DNA of 64,000 nt. Origin: Acidobacteriota bacterium (lineage in GTDB: Bacteria > Acidobacteriota > Thermoanaerobaculia > UBA5066 > Gp7-AA6). Positions 45,967-56,726 of the stretch are shown piece by piece; the first letter of the stretch is position 1; the number at the start of each line of letters is the position of its first letter. The stretch lies in the NCBI GenBank assembly GCA_003222385.1, contig QHVV01000113.1, forward strand, positions 1,352 through 65,351. The letters run 5' to 3'. A model generated the notes under the pieces. It had not been told where the DNA came from. It did not search any database and saw nothing but the letters and a program-made list of their open reading frames with translations. Both the position numbers and the translations under genes were made by a program.

Positions 45967-48612
45967 ATGAGAAGGACTTTCGAAAGAGCCGCGACGGCGA
46001 TCGCGATGGCCGTCGTCTTAGCGGGGATGTTTGGGTGCTCCGCCGTGAAGAAGAGCAACCGCGTTTCCGCCGCGACGTCCTCTCCGGCGGTCGTGGCGAG
46101 CCCACCGGCCGGGACGACGTCCCCGGGTCAGCTCACCCAGGCCGCGTTCAACGAGGACGGGGACGGCGCCCGGATCGTCCTGTCGGCCGACGCGCCGCTC
46201 CTGTACACATCGTACGAGCCCCGACCCGACCTGCTGGTCGTCGAGATGCCCGGGGTTCGCGTCGCGGATGGGTTTACCGCTCCGCAAGCCTCCGGAACCG
46301 TCGTGCGGTCGGTCCGGGTCGAGACGCTGGACGAGCTCGGCAAGAGGATCACGCGCCTGACGGTCGAGCACCGAGCGGGTCTCAAGTACCAGCTGCAGTC
46401 GGTCGGACGCGGCCTCGCGGTGGCGTTCGAGAATCCTCGGGAAGCCGTCGCCGAAACGGTTCCGGCGCCCGTGCCGCCGCCCGTCATGACCGAGCCGATT
46501 CCGGCGCCGGCGCTGTCGCGCGCGGAACTCGCGCACTCGCTCGAGGAAGTCACGGCGGAATCGACCGGAGACGGCGTGACTGTCCGTCTTCTCGCCGATG
46601 GAACGCTCCAGGCGAAGGACTTCGTGCTCGCCAATCCCCCGCGCATCGTCATCGATCTGCCGGGAGTCAAGAGCTCGGTGCGCCGCCGCTCCCTCCCGGT
46701 CACCGGCGGACTGGTGAGCCGGGTTCGCGTTTCGCAGTTCCAATCGGCTCCCGAGCCGGTCGCCCGGATCGTCCTCGACCTCGTCCGCGCGACGCCGTAT
46801 TCGGTGCGCGCAGACGGCGAGAGGCTGTCGGTCGTCGTCGGCGGGACATCCGTTCCCGCAGTCGCTTCCGCCGAGCCTCAAGTGATCCCGGAACCGGCCC
46901 CCGCGCCGGTGCCTCTGCCGGCCGCAGCCGAGACCTCCCGCGCCCCGTCGCGGACCGAGATCGCGGCGGTCGCGGTCCCCGCGACGCCCGAGAAGCAGGC
47001 AGCCGCGCCGGTGACGACCGAGAAACAGAGGAGCGCGCCGGCCGCGGATTCGGGCGGAGTACCTGCACCCGCGCCGCCGCCTCTGCCGGCCGCGACGCAG
47101 CCACGCGCCTCGGCCGAGCCGGCGCCCACAGCGGCCGTGCCGCCGTCGTCCGCGACGCCGCCCGCTTCCACCCCCGCGGTCGGGACGAGCCCGGAGAACC
47201 CGCAGCCGGCCGTCAAGAAGACCGCGCCGGCGACGCTGCCTCCCGGCATCCGGGAAGCCCGCCGTTCCCGCGCGCGCGAAGCGGAGAAGCCGACGGCGCG
47301 GGAGGACGCCCTCTTCGAGGCGGCCACGGCTGTGCTGGCCCAGCAGGAGGCGACGCAGCCCGGGAGGGAGCTCTCCGCCTTCCAGTCTCGGACACTCGCG
47401 GAGGGTCAATCGCAGTTCACGGGCGAGCCGATCTCTCTCGACTTGAAGGACGCCGACATCAAGGACGTCTTTCGCACGATCTCGCAATTCACCGGGCTGA
47501 ACATCGTCATCGATCCGGACGTCAAGGGCACCGTCACCGTCCAGCTCGAGAACGTTCCCTGGGACCAGGCCCTCGACCTGATCCTGAAGCAGAACAACCT
47601 CGGTTACGTGCTCGAAAACAACATCATGCGGATCGCGACGACCGAGAAGCTCCGGATCGAGGAGGCCGACCGGGCGCGGCTCGCGGAGGCGCGTCAGGCC
47701 GCGGAGCCCACCCGCACGGTCATCAAGAAGCTGTCTTACGCGCGCGCCGCCGAGATCATTCCGGTTCTGAAGAGCATCATGTCGCGTCGCGGCGACATCG
47801 TGGTCGACCCGCGGACGAACACCCTCATCATCCGCGAGATCCCGACTTTCCTGCCGGCCGTATTGCAGCTGATCGACAACCTGGACACGGCGACACCGCA
47901 GGTCATGATCGAGGCGCGGATCGTCGAGACCACGAAGACGCTCGGCCGCAGCCTCGGCATCAACTGGGGCTTCAACGGAGCCGCCGACGTCGCGCATGGA
48001 AACGAAACGAACCTCGTCTTCCCGAACAACCTCGACGGCGGCTTCCGGGTCGGCCTCGAGCAGGGGCCGGTCATCGGGCACATCCGGCTCGGGAACATCC
48101 TGGACACCTTCAATCTGGACGTCTCGCTCACGGCCGCCGAAAACCAGGGCCTGCTCAAGATCATCTCCTCGCCCAAGCTCGCCGCATTGACCAACACGCA
48201 GGCCCTCATCCAGTCCGGCGTGCAGATCCCGGTTCAGACGACCGTCAACAACACCACGACGGTCATCTACGTCGACGCGACCCTGCGGCTCGAAGTGACG
48301 CCGCAGATCACGGCCGAGGGCACGATCCTCTTGAACGTCATCGTTCAGAAACGTGAGCCGGCAGTCGCGTTGAACCTCGCTCTCGGCAACAACGTTCCGC
48401 TGACGATTCGCGAGTACCGCGGTCAGGTGCTCGTGCGGGATGGAGGCACCACCGTCATCGGAGGGATCTTCCAGATCAACGATCAGGATCAGAACAACAT
48501 GATCCCCGGACTGTGGAAGATCCCGATTCTCGGGAGCCTCTTCCGCAACAAGACGAGAACCGAAAAGCACGACGAGCTGCTCATCTTCCTGACCCCACGG
48601 ATCCTTCGGTGA
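45967..48612 (+). CDS. pilQ: type IV pilus secretin PilQ with two AMIN-like domains and a lipobox
   Basis: GEPISLDLKDADI, VPWDQALD, QVMIEARIVE, DGGTTVIGG, IPILGSLF, ELLIFLTPRI; N-terminal MFGC. Confidence 0.95.
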   Translation: MRRTFERAATAIAMAVVLAGMFGCSAVKKSNRVSAATSSPAVVASPPAGTTSPGQLTQAAFNEDGDGARIVLSADAPLLYTSYEPRPDLLVVEMPGVRVADGFTAPQASGTVVRSVRVETLDELGKRITRLTVEHRAGLKYQLQSVGRGLAVAFENPREAVAETVPAPVPPPVMTEPIPAPALSRAELAHSLEEVTAESTGDGVTVRLLADGTLQAKDFVLANPPRIVIDLPGVKSSVRRRSLPVTGGLVSRVRVSQFQSAPEPVARIVLDLVRATPYSVRADGERLSVVVGGTSVPAVASAEPQVIPEPAPAPVPLPAAAETSRAPSRTEIAAVAVPATPEKQAAAPVTTEKQRSAPAADSGGVPAPAPPPLPAATQPRASAEPAPTAAVPPSSATPPASTPAVGTSPENPQPAVKKTAPATLPPGIREARRSRAREAEKPTAREDALFEAATAVLAQQEATQPGRELSAFQSRTLAEGQSQFTGEPISLDLKDADIKDVFRTISQFTGLNIVIDPDVKGTVTVQLENVPWDQALDLILKQNNLGYVLENNIMRIATTEKLRIEEADRARLAEARQAAEPTRTVIKKLSYARAAEIIPVLKSIMSRRGDIVVDPRTNTLIIREIPTFLPAVLQLIDNLDTATPQVMIEARIVETTKTLGRSLGINWGFNGAADVAHGNETNLVFPNNLDGGFRVGLEQGPVIGHIRLGNILDTFNLDVSLTAAENQGLLKIISSPKLAALTNTQALIQSGVQIPVQTTVNNTTTVIYVDATLRLEVTPQITAEGTILLNVIVQKREPAVALNLALGNNVPLTIREYRGQVLVRDGGTTVIGGIFQINDQDQNNMIPGLWKIPILGSLFRNKTRTEKHDELLIFLTPRILR

Positions 48613-48628
48613 AGAAAGAGGACAAGTC

Positions 48629-49186
48629 ATGAAAACGAAAATTCTGATCGCGGTCGCCGTTCTCGTCATCGGCGCCGCGCCCGCGTGTACGAACAAAGAA
48701 GGGGAGAGCGAGTCGCCCGTCTTCATCACGGTGTCGATCGACCTCCAGCCCGGGTTCGTCGACGTGTCCACTCCGGCGCCGGTTCAGATCTCCACGATCG
48801 TGCTGGCGAGCCACCTGAAGAACGCGACAGCCAGCGACCCGCTGGGTTTCGCCAACACGCAGATCAACAGCTATACGGTGCGGTTCCGCCGCACCGACGG
48901 CGGAACGATCGTGCCTTCCACCAAGACCTTCGGTACGGGGGTCCTCGTTCCCTCGGGCGGCACGGCGACGCTCAGCAACTTTCCGATCCTGGACGCCTCC
49001 GATCTCCAGCAGTCGCCGTTCGATCAGCTTCTACCCTTCAACGGAGGGGTGGATCGGGAGACCGGACGAAATTCGATCCAGATGACGTTCGACCTCACCT
49101 TCTACGGCCAGACGGTTTCGGGACACCGGGTTCAGAGTCAGACAGCGTCGGGAATCCTCCTGTTCTCGTGCGCCGGATGTTTCTAG
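48629..49186 (+). CDS. hypothetical lipoprotein
   Basis: MKTKILIAVAVLVIGAAPAC signal and lipobox-like Cys; beta-rich; GAGGA RBS. Confidence 0.75.
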   Translation: MKTKILIAVAVLVIGAAPACTNKEGESESPVFITVSIDLQPGFVDVSTPAPVQISTIVLASHLKNATASDPLGFANTQINSYTVRFRRTDGGTIVPSTKTFGTGVLVPSGGTATLSNFPILDASDLQQSPFDQLLPFNGGVDRETGRNSIQMTFDLTFYGQTVSGHRVQSQTASGILLFSCAGCF

Positions 49187-49217
49187 AGATCGCGAGCAGG
49201 ACATAACGGAGGCCTTC

Positions 49218-51314
49218 ATGCGCCGGATCGCCATCACTCTGACCGTTCTCGCGTTCGTCGCGGGCGCCTTCGGCTGCTCGTCCGACGCGCCGACGCCTCC
49301 CAAGCCCGGCGGAGGCCCCGGCGGCGGGCCGACCGGAACGAGCGCGCTGCAGATCCGGTTGTTCACCAGCAATCCGAACCCGCCCGCCGGGACGTGCACG
49401 CTCATCCAGGCGATCGTGACGCTGAACGGCTCGCCGGTCGCCGACGGGACGGGCGTGTCCTTTTCCACCGATTTCGGCGTTTTCGCCCAGAACTCGCTGC
49501 CCCTGATCTCCGTCGTAACCCAGAACGGCGCGGCCCTGACCGCGCTCTGTTCGGAGTTTCCCGGAACGGCGGTCGTGCGCGCCTCGGCGACGTCGAACGG
49601 GCAGACCGGTTCCGCCACGATCACCATCGTGTTCCAGTCGGCGGCCGCCGGCGCCGGACCCTTCGTGTCCTTCTGCGATCCGAGCTTCGGGCCTTCGACC
49701 GGCGGAACCGCGCTCACCATTCACGGGGGCCGTTTCTGCGCCACCAGCGGCTGTACCGGCAGTGAGGCCTCGACGACTCGCGTGACTTTCATCGTCAACG
49801 GGGTCGCCCGGGAGGCCACGGTCACCGGCGTCACGAATACCACGATCTCGCTCCTGACACCCGGCTTCCCCGAAGTGACGTCTCCGACCACCCCGGTCGA
49901 GATCCGCGTGACCTTGAACAACAACACCGCGACTCCAACCGTGCTGACCCTGCCGAACTGCTTCGCCTTCGGCACGACGACGTCAGCGACTCCCACCATC
50001 ACCGCGGTCCTTCCGTCGTCCGGGACCAACGAGGGGAACACGCGGGTGACGATCATCGGCGCGGGGTTCCAGGCTCCGGTCCAGGTCTTCTTCGGCGGAG
50101 TCGAAGCGACCGTCGTCTCGGTTTCGTTCAACCAGATCGTGGTCCTGACGCCCGCCGCGTTCGGAGCGGGCCGGGACAACCTGAATCAGACGGTAGACGT
50201 CCGCGTCCGCAACGTCACCTCGGGGGTGGATGCGGTGCTCGCCTCCGGCTACCGGTACGTGCAGCCACTTCAGCTGATCGCAATCTCTCCGACCGAGGAG
50301 CGTCTCGATCAGGCGCTCACTCCGGTCACCATTTTCGGTCACGGCTTCCAGGCGCCTGTGGCGGTAACAATCGCCGGGAGACCAGCGACTGTGATCTCCG
50401 TTTCCGAGAGTGAGCTGGTAGCGCTGCCGGGCCGGCCTCTGGGCGGTCAATGTTCCAGCGTTCCGGGGGGTGTCACGGTGACGAACATCAATACCGGCGA
50501 CACCGCGACAGGCCTGTCGTTCACCCTTCTCGGTGTTCAGCCGACGATCACCCTTGTCTCGCCCAATGCCGGGATTCCCGGAACGAGCGTGACGATCACG
50601 GGCACAAACCTTCCGAGTCGTATCGAGGATGCGCGCGTTCTCTTTGGAAACGAAGTGGCTACGGTCAGCTCCGCATCGGTAACCGGAACACAGCTGGTCG
50701 TTGCAGCGCCGAGTCAACCGACACTGGTCAGCCCCCCGTGTCTCCCGGGTAATCCGACTGGAACCCTCCAGCCCGTGGGATCGCCTCTGGAACTCAGAGT
50801 AATAAACGTACTCACAAACTGTTTCTTCGCCAGCACGTTCCAGTATCAGCTCCCCTGCGTGGTGCCAACCCCCACCCCGACGGCGACCTTGGCAACACCG
50901 ACTCCGACGCCAACGCCGACGCCTCCGCCCGCGGACCTGGCGGTGACGAAGTCCGACTCGCCGGATCCGGTCTCGACCGGCGGCGTCCTGACTTACACCG
51001 TGGTTGTGTCGAACAATGGCCCGGCCACGGCGGCCAACGTCACCATGACCGATCCTCTCCCGCCCGGCACGACCTTCGCCTCCTGTGCGATCAGCCTCGG
51101 AACCTGCAGCGGGCCGACCGTGGGAACCAATGGAACGGTGTCGGCCGACATTGGTACGCTGGGGCCGCTCGGATCCGTGACCGTGACGATCATGGTCAAC
51201 GTTTCGGCCGGCGCGGGTACGACGATCCCGAACACGGCGACGGTCACGTCGTCGACTCCGGATTCGAACCTGACGAACAACAGCTCCACGGCGGCGACGA
51301 CCGTCGGCCCGTGA
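49218..51314 (+). CDS. surface lipoprotein with Ig-like, several IPT/TIG and DUF11 domains
   Basis: AFGC lipobox; repeated PTI..V.P..G...G.T.VTI.G..F units; PT-rich linker; ADLAVTKSDSPDPV...LTYT..V.N.GP...D.N..NN (DUF11). Confidence 0.85.
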   Translation: MRRIAITLTVLAFVAGAFGCSSDAPTPPKPGGGPGGGPTGTSALQIRLFTSNPNPPAGTCTLIQAIVTLNGSPVADGTGVSFSTDFGVFAQNSLPLISVVTQNGAALTALCSEFPGTAVVRASATSNGQTGSATITIVFQSAAAGAGPFVSFCDPSFGPSTGGTALTIHGGRFCATSGCTGSEASTTRVTFIVNGVAREATVTGVTNTTISLLTPGFPEVTSPTTPVEIRVTLNNNTATPTVLTLPNCFAFGTTTSATPTITAVLPSSGTNEGNTRVTIIGAGFQAPVQVFFGGVEATVVSVSFNQIVVLTPAAFGAGRDNLNQTVDVRVRNVTSGVDAVLASGYRYVQPLQLIAISPTEERLDQALTPVTIFGHGFQAPVAVTIAGRPATVISVSESELVALPGRPLGGQCSSVPGGVTVTNINTGDTATGLSFTLLGVQPTITLVSPNAGIPGTSVTITGTNLPSRIEDARVLFGNEVATVSSASVTGTQLVVAAPSQPTLVSPPCLPGNPTGTLQPVGSPLELRVINVLTNCFFASTFQYQLPCVVPTPTPTATLATPTPTPTPTPPPADLAVTKSDSPDPVSTGGVLTYTVVVSNNGPATAANVTMTDPLPPGTTFASCAISLGTCSGPTVGTNGTVSADIGTLGPLGSVTVTIMVNVSAGAGTTIPNTATVTSSTPDSNLTNNSSTAATTVGP

Positions 51315-51337
51315 ACCGTTTTTTCCCGGCGACTCCT

Positions 51338-51366
51338 GCCGCCCCCTTCGGGGGGCGGCTTCGTTT
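51338..51366 (+). terminator. rho-independent terminator
   Basis: GCCGCCCCC-TTCG-GGGGGCGGC followed by TTCGTTT. Confidence 0.75.
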
Positions 51367-51372
51367 GGTGCC

Positions 51373-52497
51373 GTGATGGCGGACGCGGAAGCCCGCATCC
51401 AGGAGCTCAAGGAACGCGTCGCGCGGGCGCCCGGGTCGAGATTCTTCGTCCCTCTGGCCGAGGAGTACCGAAAGGCGGGTCGGCTGGCGGAGTCGATCGC
51501 CGCGCTGGAAGACGGCCTGGTCGCGCAGCCCGGATACGTCGCTGCGCGCATCTCGCTCGCCCGGTCCTACCTGGAGGCGGGCAAAGTTGAAGAGTCGATG
51601 AGGGCGTTTTCGAAAGCTCTCGCCGACGATCCCTCGAACCTCGTGGCCGCAAAGGCTCTGGGCGACCTGCACCTTTCCCGCGGAGAGTCGCTCGAGGCTT
51701 TGAAACGTTATCGGCTCTATCGGGGGGTTTCGGGCGATGGTCGGATCGACCGTGTCATCGCGGAGCTCGAGTCCAAAGTTTCCCCGGCGCCGGTCCGGCC
51801 TCCCGTCGAAGTCTCGGTTCCACCTCCTCCCGCTTTCCCGGTGCCCCAGGTCGAGCCGCTTTCCGTCGACGAGGTTCCCGTCGCGCTCGCCGAACCCTTC
51901 GTTCCGCCGGGATATAAGCCGGTCGCCCGGCCGGCCAGGGAGACCGACCCCCACGACATTTCGGGGGTCGAATACGAGCGGCCGTCGATCGCTCCCGGCT
52001 CCACTGCTCCGCGGCTGACGCCCGGAGTTCCTTCACGCGACCTGCCGCTCGAGGCGATCGCGTCGGCGCGACGCGAGGACGACGAGATCGTGACTCGAAA
52101 GATCCGCCTTCCGGAGGCGAACTGGCCGTTCGAAGCCGCGGCGCCGGCCACTCTCCTGCCGCCGCCGCCGCCGCCGCCGGTGCCGAAGGAATCCGATCCG
52201 GTTGCCGCGGAGGCCCCTCCCGATCCTCTGCGGGAGGGGAGGACGCTCGCCGACCTGTACCTCCAGCAGGGCCACTATGCGGACGCGCGGGACCTCTACG
52301 ACGGGCTCTTGACCGCCGCGCCCGGCGACGGCGAGCTTCGGCGCCTTCGCGACGAAGCGGCGCGCCAGGCCATCACGGTGCGCCCTCCTGCTCTTCCCGA
52401 CGCGAACCCCGCCCGGGAGCGGCGGCTCGCGAAGATCCGGGTCTTGAACGAGTGGCTCGCGATGCTCCAGAAGCGGTCGGAGACCGGCAACCCGTAG
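51373..52497 (+). CDS. TPR protein with a Pro-rich linker and C-terminal TPR-like helix
   Basis: FVPLAEEYRKAG...ARISLARSYLE; TLADLYLQQGH..A...Y; Pro7 run. Confidence 0.8.
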   Translation: MMADAEARIQELKERVARAPGSRFFVPLAEEYRKAGRLAESIAALEDGLVAQPGYVAARISLARSYLEAGKVEESMRAFSKALADDPSNLVAAKALGDLHLSRGESLEALKRYRLYRGVSGDGRIDRVIAELESKVSPAPVRPPVEVSVPPPPAFPVPQVEPLSVDEVPVALAEPFVPPGYKPVARPARETDPHDISGVEYERPSIAPGSTAPRLTPGVPSRDLPLEAIASARREDDEIVTRKIRLPEANWPFEAAAPATLLPPPPPPPVPKESDPVAAEAPPDPLREGRTLADLYLQQGHYADARDLYDGLLTAAPGDGELRRLRDEAARQAITVRPPALPDANPARERRLAKIRVLNEWLAMLQKRSETGNP

Positions 52498-52513
52498 CGG
52501 GAGCAGTTCCGGG

Positions 52514-52876
52514 ATGAACATCTTCGGAAAAGCGCTCGCGAAGATCGCCGAAGCCGTCGAGGGAACGCGCGCCGTCTCCCTGGTCGGCGCGGACGGCATC
52601 CCGATCGAGACCTGGGGCTCACCGCAAAGCCTTTCCATCGAGACGGTTGCGGCCGAGATGAGCTCTCTTCTGCAGGCTGCGCGCCGGTCGTCGGCCACCT
52701 CGACCTCCGGAGAACTGCGCGAGATCGCGACCGTCACGGACGGCGGGATCTCGATCCTTTCGAGGGTGACCGGGGAGTATTATCTGCTGCTACTGTTGGC
52801 CCGGGAGGGCAACCTCGGGCGCGGCCGCTTCGAGCTGCGCAAGGCCGCAGCGGCCCTCGAAAAGGAGCTTCTCTAG
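52514..52876 (+). CDS. roadblock/LC7 protein, MglC-like
   Basis: [30 protein letters not shown]; lies between the pil operon and accB. Confidence 0.85.
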   Translation: MNIFGKALAKIAEAVEGTRAVSLVGADGIPIETWGSPQSLSIETVAAEMSSLLQAARRSSATSTSGELREIATVTDGGISILSRVTGEYYLLLLLAREGNLGRGRFELRKAAAALEKELL

Positions 52877-52879
52877 ACG

Positions 52880-53338
52880 ATGCTCTCTCTCAAGGAAATC
52901 AAGGAGTTGATCGACCTCGTCTCCGAGCGGGGGCTGGCGGGCCTGGAGATCGAACGGGCCGGGTTCCGCCTGCGGATCGAAGGGGGGCGTTCATCCATCT
53001 CGAACGGTCTCGCGGAAGGCGTTTCCGCCCCCGCGGCCGCGGTCCCTCCGGCCTCGCCCGGCTCCGCGGCGCAGCCCGCCGCGGAAGCGGAGGACGTCCA
53101 CGTGATCACGTCCCCGATCGTGGGGACTTTCTACCGCGCGCCGTCTCCGGAGGCGGAATCCTTCGCGGAGGTGGGTTCCCGCGTCTCGAAGGGCAAGGTC
53201 CTCTGCATCATCGAGTCGATGAAGCTCATGAACGAGATCGAGTCGGACGTCGAGGGGGAAATCGTCGCGGTCTACGCGCGCAACGGCCAGCCGGTCGAGT
53301 ACGGGGAGAAGCTCTTCGGGATTCGACTGGCGGCCTGA
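52880..53338 (+). CDS. accB: acetyl-CoA carboxylase biotin carboxyl carrier protein
   Basis: [20 protein letters not shown] biotinylation motif, GQPVEYG. Confidence 0.96.
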   Translation: MLSLKEIKELIDLVSERGLAGLEIERAGFRLRIEGGRSSISNGLAEGVSAPAAAVPPASPGSAAQPAAEAEDVHVITSPIVGTFYRAPSPEAESFAEVGSRVSKGKVLCIIESMKLMNEIESDVEGEIVAVYARNGQPVEYGEKLFGIRLAA

Positions 53339-53346
53339 CGGGCCGT

Positions 53347-54690
<1,344 letters not shown>

Positions 54691-54706
54691 ACCCGGTTCG
54701 AGCTTC

Positions 54707-55867
54707 TTGAATCTCCGACTCCCTCCGATCTACGCCATCACCCCGGGCACCGCCCGAGGAGGCGAAGAAGTGGTCGAGATGGCGGCCCGGCTCTTCGAAG
54801 CGGGAATCCGCGTTCTCCAGGTTCGCGAGAAGCAGCTGCCGGACCGGGATCTGCTCCGGACCGTGGAGGGCGCGGATTTGCTGGCGCGAGAATTCGGCGC
54901 CACGGTTATCGTCGACGACCGCGTCGACGTCGCGCGAATCGCGGCGCTCGGCGTCCATCTGGGCGGGAACGACCTGCCCTCGAGGATCGCCCGGGAGCTG
55001 CTGCCCGCCGACGCGCCGGTCGGCGTTTCGACGCACGACCTCGCCGCGGCCCGGGCCGCCTTTTCCGACGCGTCCTGCGACTACGTGGCGTTCGGGCCGG
55101 TCTTCGAGAGCTCCACGAAGCCGGGCCGACCGCCGCGGGGAGTGGAAGCCCTGGCGCAGGTCGCGCGCGAGAAGACGAAGCCGCTCGTGGCCGTCGGCGG
55201 GATCACCGAGGAGAGCCTCGATCCGGTCTTCGACGCCGGCGCCGACTCCGCGGCGATCGTGGGCGCGCTCGCTCAGGGTGGGTTCCTGACCCGGAATGCA
55301 AGGCGCCTTCTGGATCACGCGCGGCGTCGCGATCCTCCCGGCCGGGTCTACCTGGTCGGGTTCATGGGCAGCGGCAAGACGGCGATCGGCCGCCGCATCT
55401 CCGAGCGACTGCGCTTTCCCTTCGTCGACCTCGACTCGGAAATCGAGAGAACCTCCGGACTCACGGTCCGGGCCCTTTTCGAGGCGCTGGGCGAGCCCGC
55501 GTTCCGCGAGCGCGAGTCGGCTTTTCTCGACGGGACCGAAGCTCTTCCCGCCGCCGTGGTGTCGACGGGCGGCGGCTCGTTCGTCTCCGAGCGCAACCGC
55601 GCGGCGATCGCGCGCCTCGGATTGCCCGTCTTTCTCGACATTCCGTTCGACGCAGTGCGCGAACGCCTGGTGGAAAAGGGGGATCGCCCTCTTTTCACGA
55701 GCGTGGAACAGGCGGCCCGGCTCTTCGCCGAGCGCGCCCCGTTCTATAAAATGGCCCCCGTTCGGGTCGCGCTCACCGGCCGCGAGTCGATCGAAGAGTC
55801 CACTGACAAAGTGCTCTCCGCCGTCTACGACCGGCGGGAGCTGGGAGGTCCCAGGCTCGAGAGCTGA
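54707..55867 (+). CDS. thiamine-phosphate synthase (ThiE) - shikimate kinase (AroK) fusion
   Basis: ThiE: QVREK, DDRVDVA, GVHLG, GVSTH, FGPVF.SSTK, VAVGGI. AroK: LVGFMGSGKT, DLD, GE.AFRERE, STGGG, RPL. One uninterrupted frame. Confidence 0.88.
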   Translation: MNLRLPPIYAITPGTARGGEEVVEMAARLFEAGIRVLQVREKQLPDRDLLRTVEGADLLAREFGATVIVDDRVDVARIAALGVHLGGNDLPSRIARELLPADAPVGVSTHDLAAARAAFSDASCDYVAFGPVFESSTKPGRPPRGVEALAQVAREKTKPLVAVGGITEESLDPVFDAGADSAAIVGALAQGGFLTRNARRLLDHARRRDPPGRVYLVGFMGSGKTAIGRRISERLRFPFVDLDSEIERTSGLTVRALFEALGEPAFRERESAFLDGTEALPAAVVSTGGGSFVSERNRAAIARLGLPVFLDIPFDAVRERLVEKGDRPLFTSVEQAARLFAERAPFYKMAPVRVALTGRESIEESTDKVLSAVYDRRELGGPRLES

Positions 55868-55927
55868 GCCCGCGCCGTGCGGCGGCAGGCCGTTCTTCGG
55901 TTCGGGTCCGGCGGAGAGCTCTCTCAA

Positions 55928-56671
55928 ATGCGTTATCTCATCCTTTCCGACATCCACTCGAACGATCCCGCGTTTTCGGCGGTGCTCGACCGCGTGCAGC
56001 GCAAGAAGCACGACCGGGTCGTGATCCTGGGCGACTTCGTCGGATACGGCGCGGAACCGAACGAAGTGATCGATCGGGTCCGGAAGATGCGCAAGCGAAA
56101 GGCGATGATCCGAGGGAACCACGACAAGGTCGTCTGCGGCCTCGATTCCGGAGAGCTCTTCAATCCCGTCGCCTTGAAAGCGGCCCGCTGGACCACGGAG
56201 CGGCTTTCGGAGGCGAGCCGGCGGTTTCTCGAGGAGCTGCCGATCGGGCCGATCGAGGTCGACGAAGCATTCGTCATCTGCCATGGCTCGCCCCGCGACG
56301 AGGACGCGTACATCTTCTCGGACTACGACGCCTATTTGAACTTCACTTTTTCCGACGCGAACGTCTGTTTCTTCGGGCACAGCCACATTCCGTCGGTCTT
56401 CTCTCTCGAGCCGCACGGGATTCGGGTGGACGTCGTGCGGGGAGACCGGGTCCGGATGCGTTTGAAGCGCGACTGCCGGTATCTGATCAATCCCGGTTCG
56501 ATCGGACGGCCTCGGGATCGAAACCCGGCCGCGGCCTTCGCCGTCTACGACAGCGCCGAACGGGTCGTGACCTTCGAACGGGTCCGATACGACGTCGAAG
56601 AAGCGCGCGAGAGGATCCATCGGGCGGGACTTCCGGGGATGCTCGGAGATCGGCTGTTGATCGGGGCCTAG
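55928..56671 (+). CDS. calcineurin-like metallophosphoesterase
   Basis: SDIHSN, GDFVGYG, RGNHD, HGSP, GHSH, INPGSIG.PRD. Confidence 0.92.
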   Translation: MRYLILSDIHSNDPAFSAVLDRVQRKKHDRVVILGDFVGYGAEPNEVIDRVRKMRKRKAMIRGNHDKVVCGLDSGELFNPVALKAARWTTERLSEASRRFLEELPIGPIEVDEAFVICHGSPRDEDAYIFSDYDAYLNFTFSDANVCFFGHSHIPSVFSLEPHGIRVDVVRGDRVRMRLKRDCRYLINPGSIGRPRDRNPAAAFAVYDSAERVVTFERVRYDVEEARERIHRAGLPGMLGDRLLIGA

Positions 56672-56726
56672 CCGCGCTTTCGTATAATTCCCGCGCTTTC
56701 CCCGGTTGAACAGAAGGGACGCGACC

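Noticed and set aside
50270..50860. Diversity-generating retroelement target
   Set aside because: No reverse transcriptase and no template/variable repeat pair seen in the window.
50865..50930. Tandem ACNCCN repeats (also about 61705-61800)
   Set aside because: They encode Pro-Thr linkers, not a non-coding repeat element.
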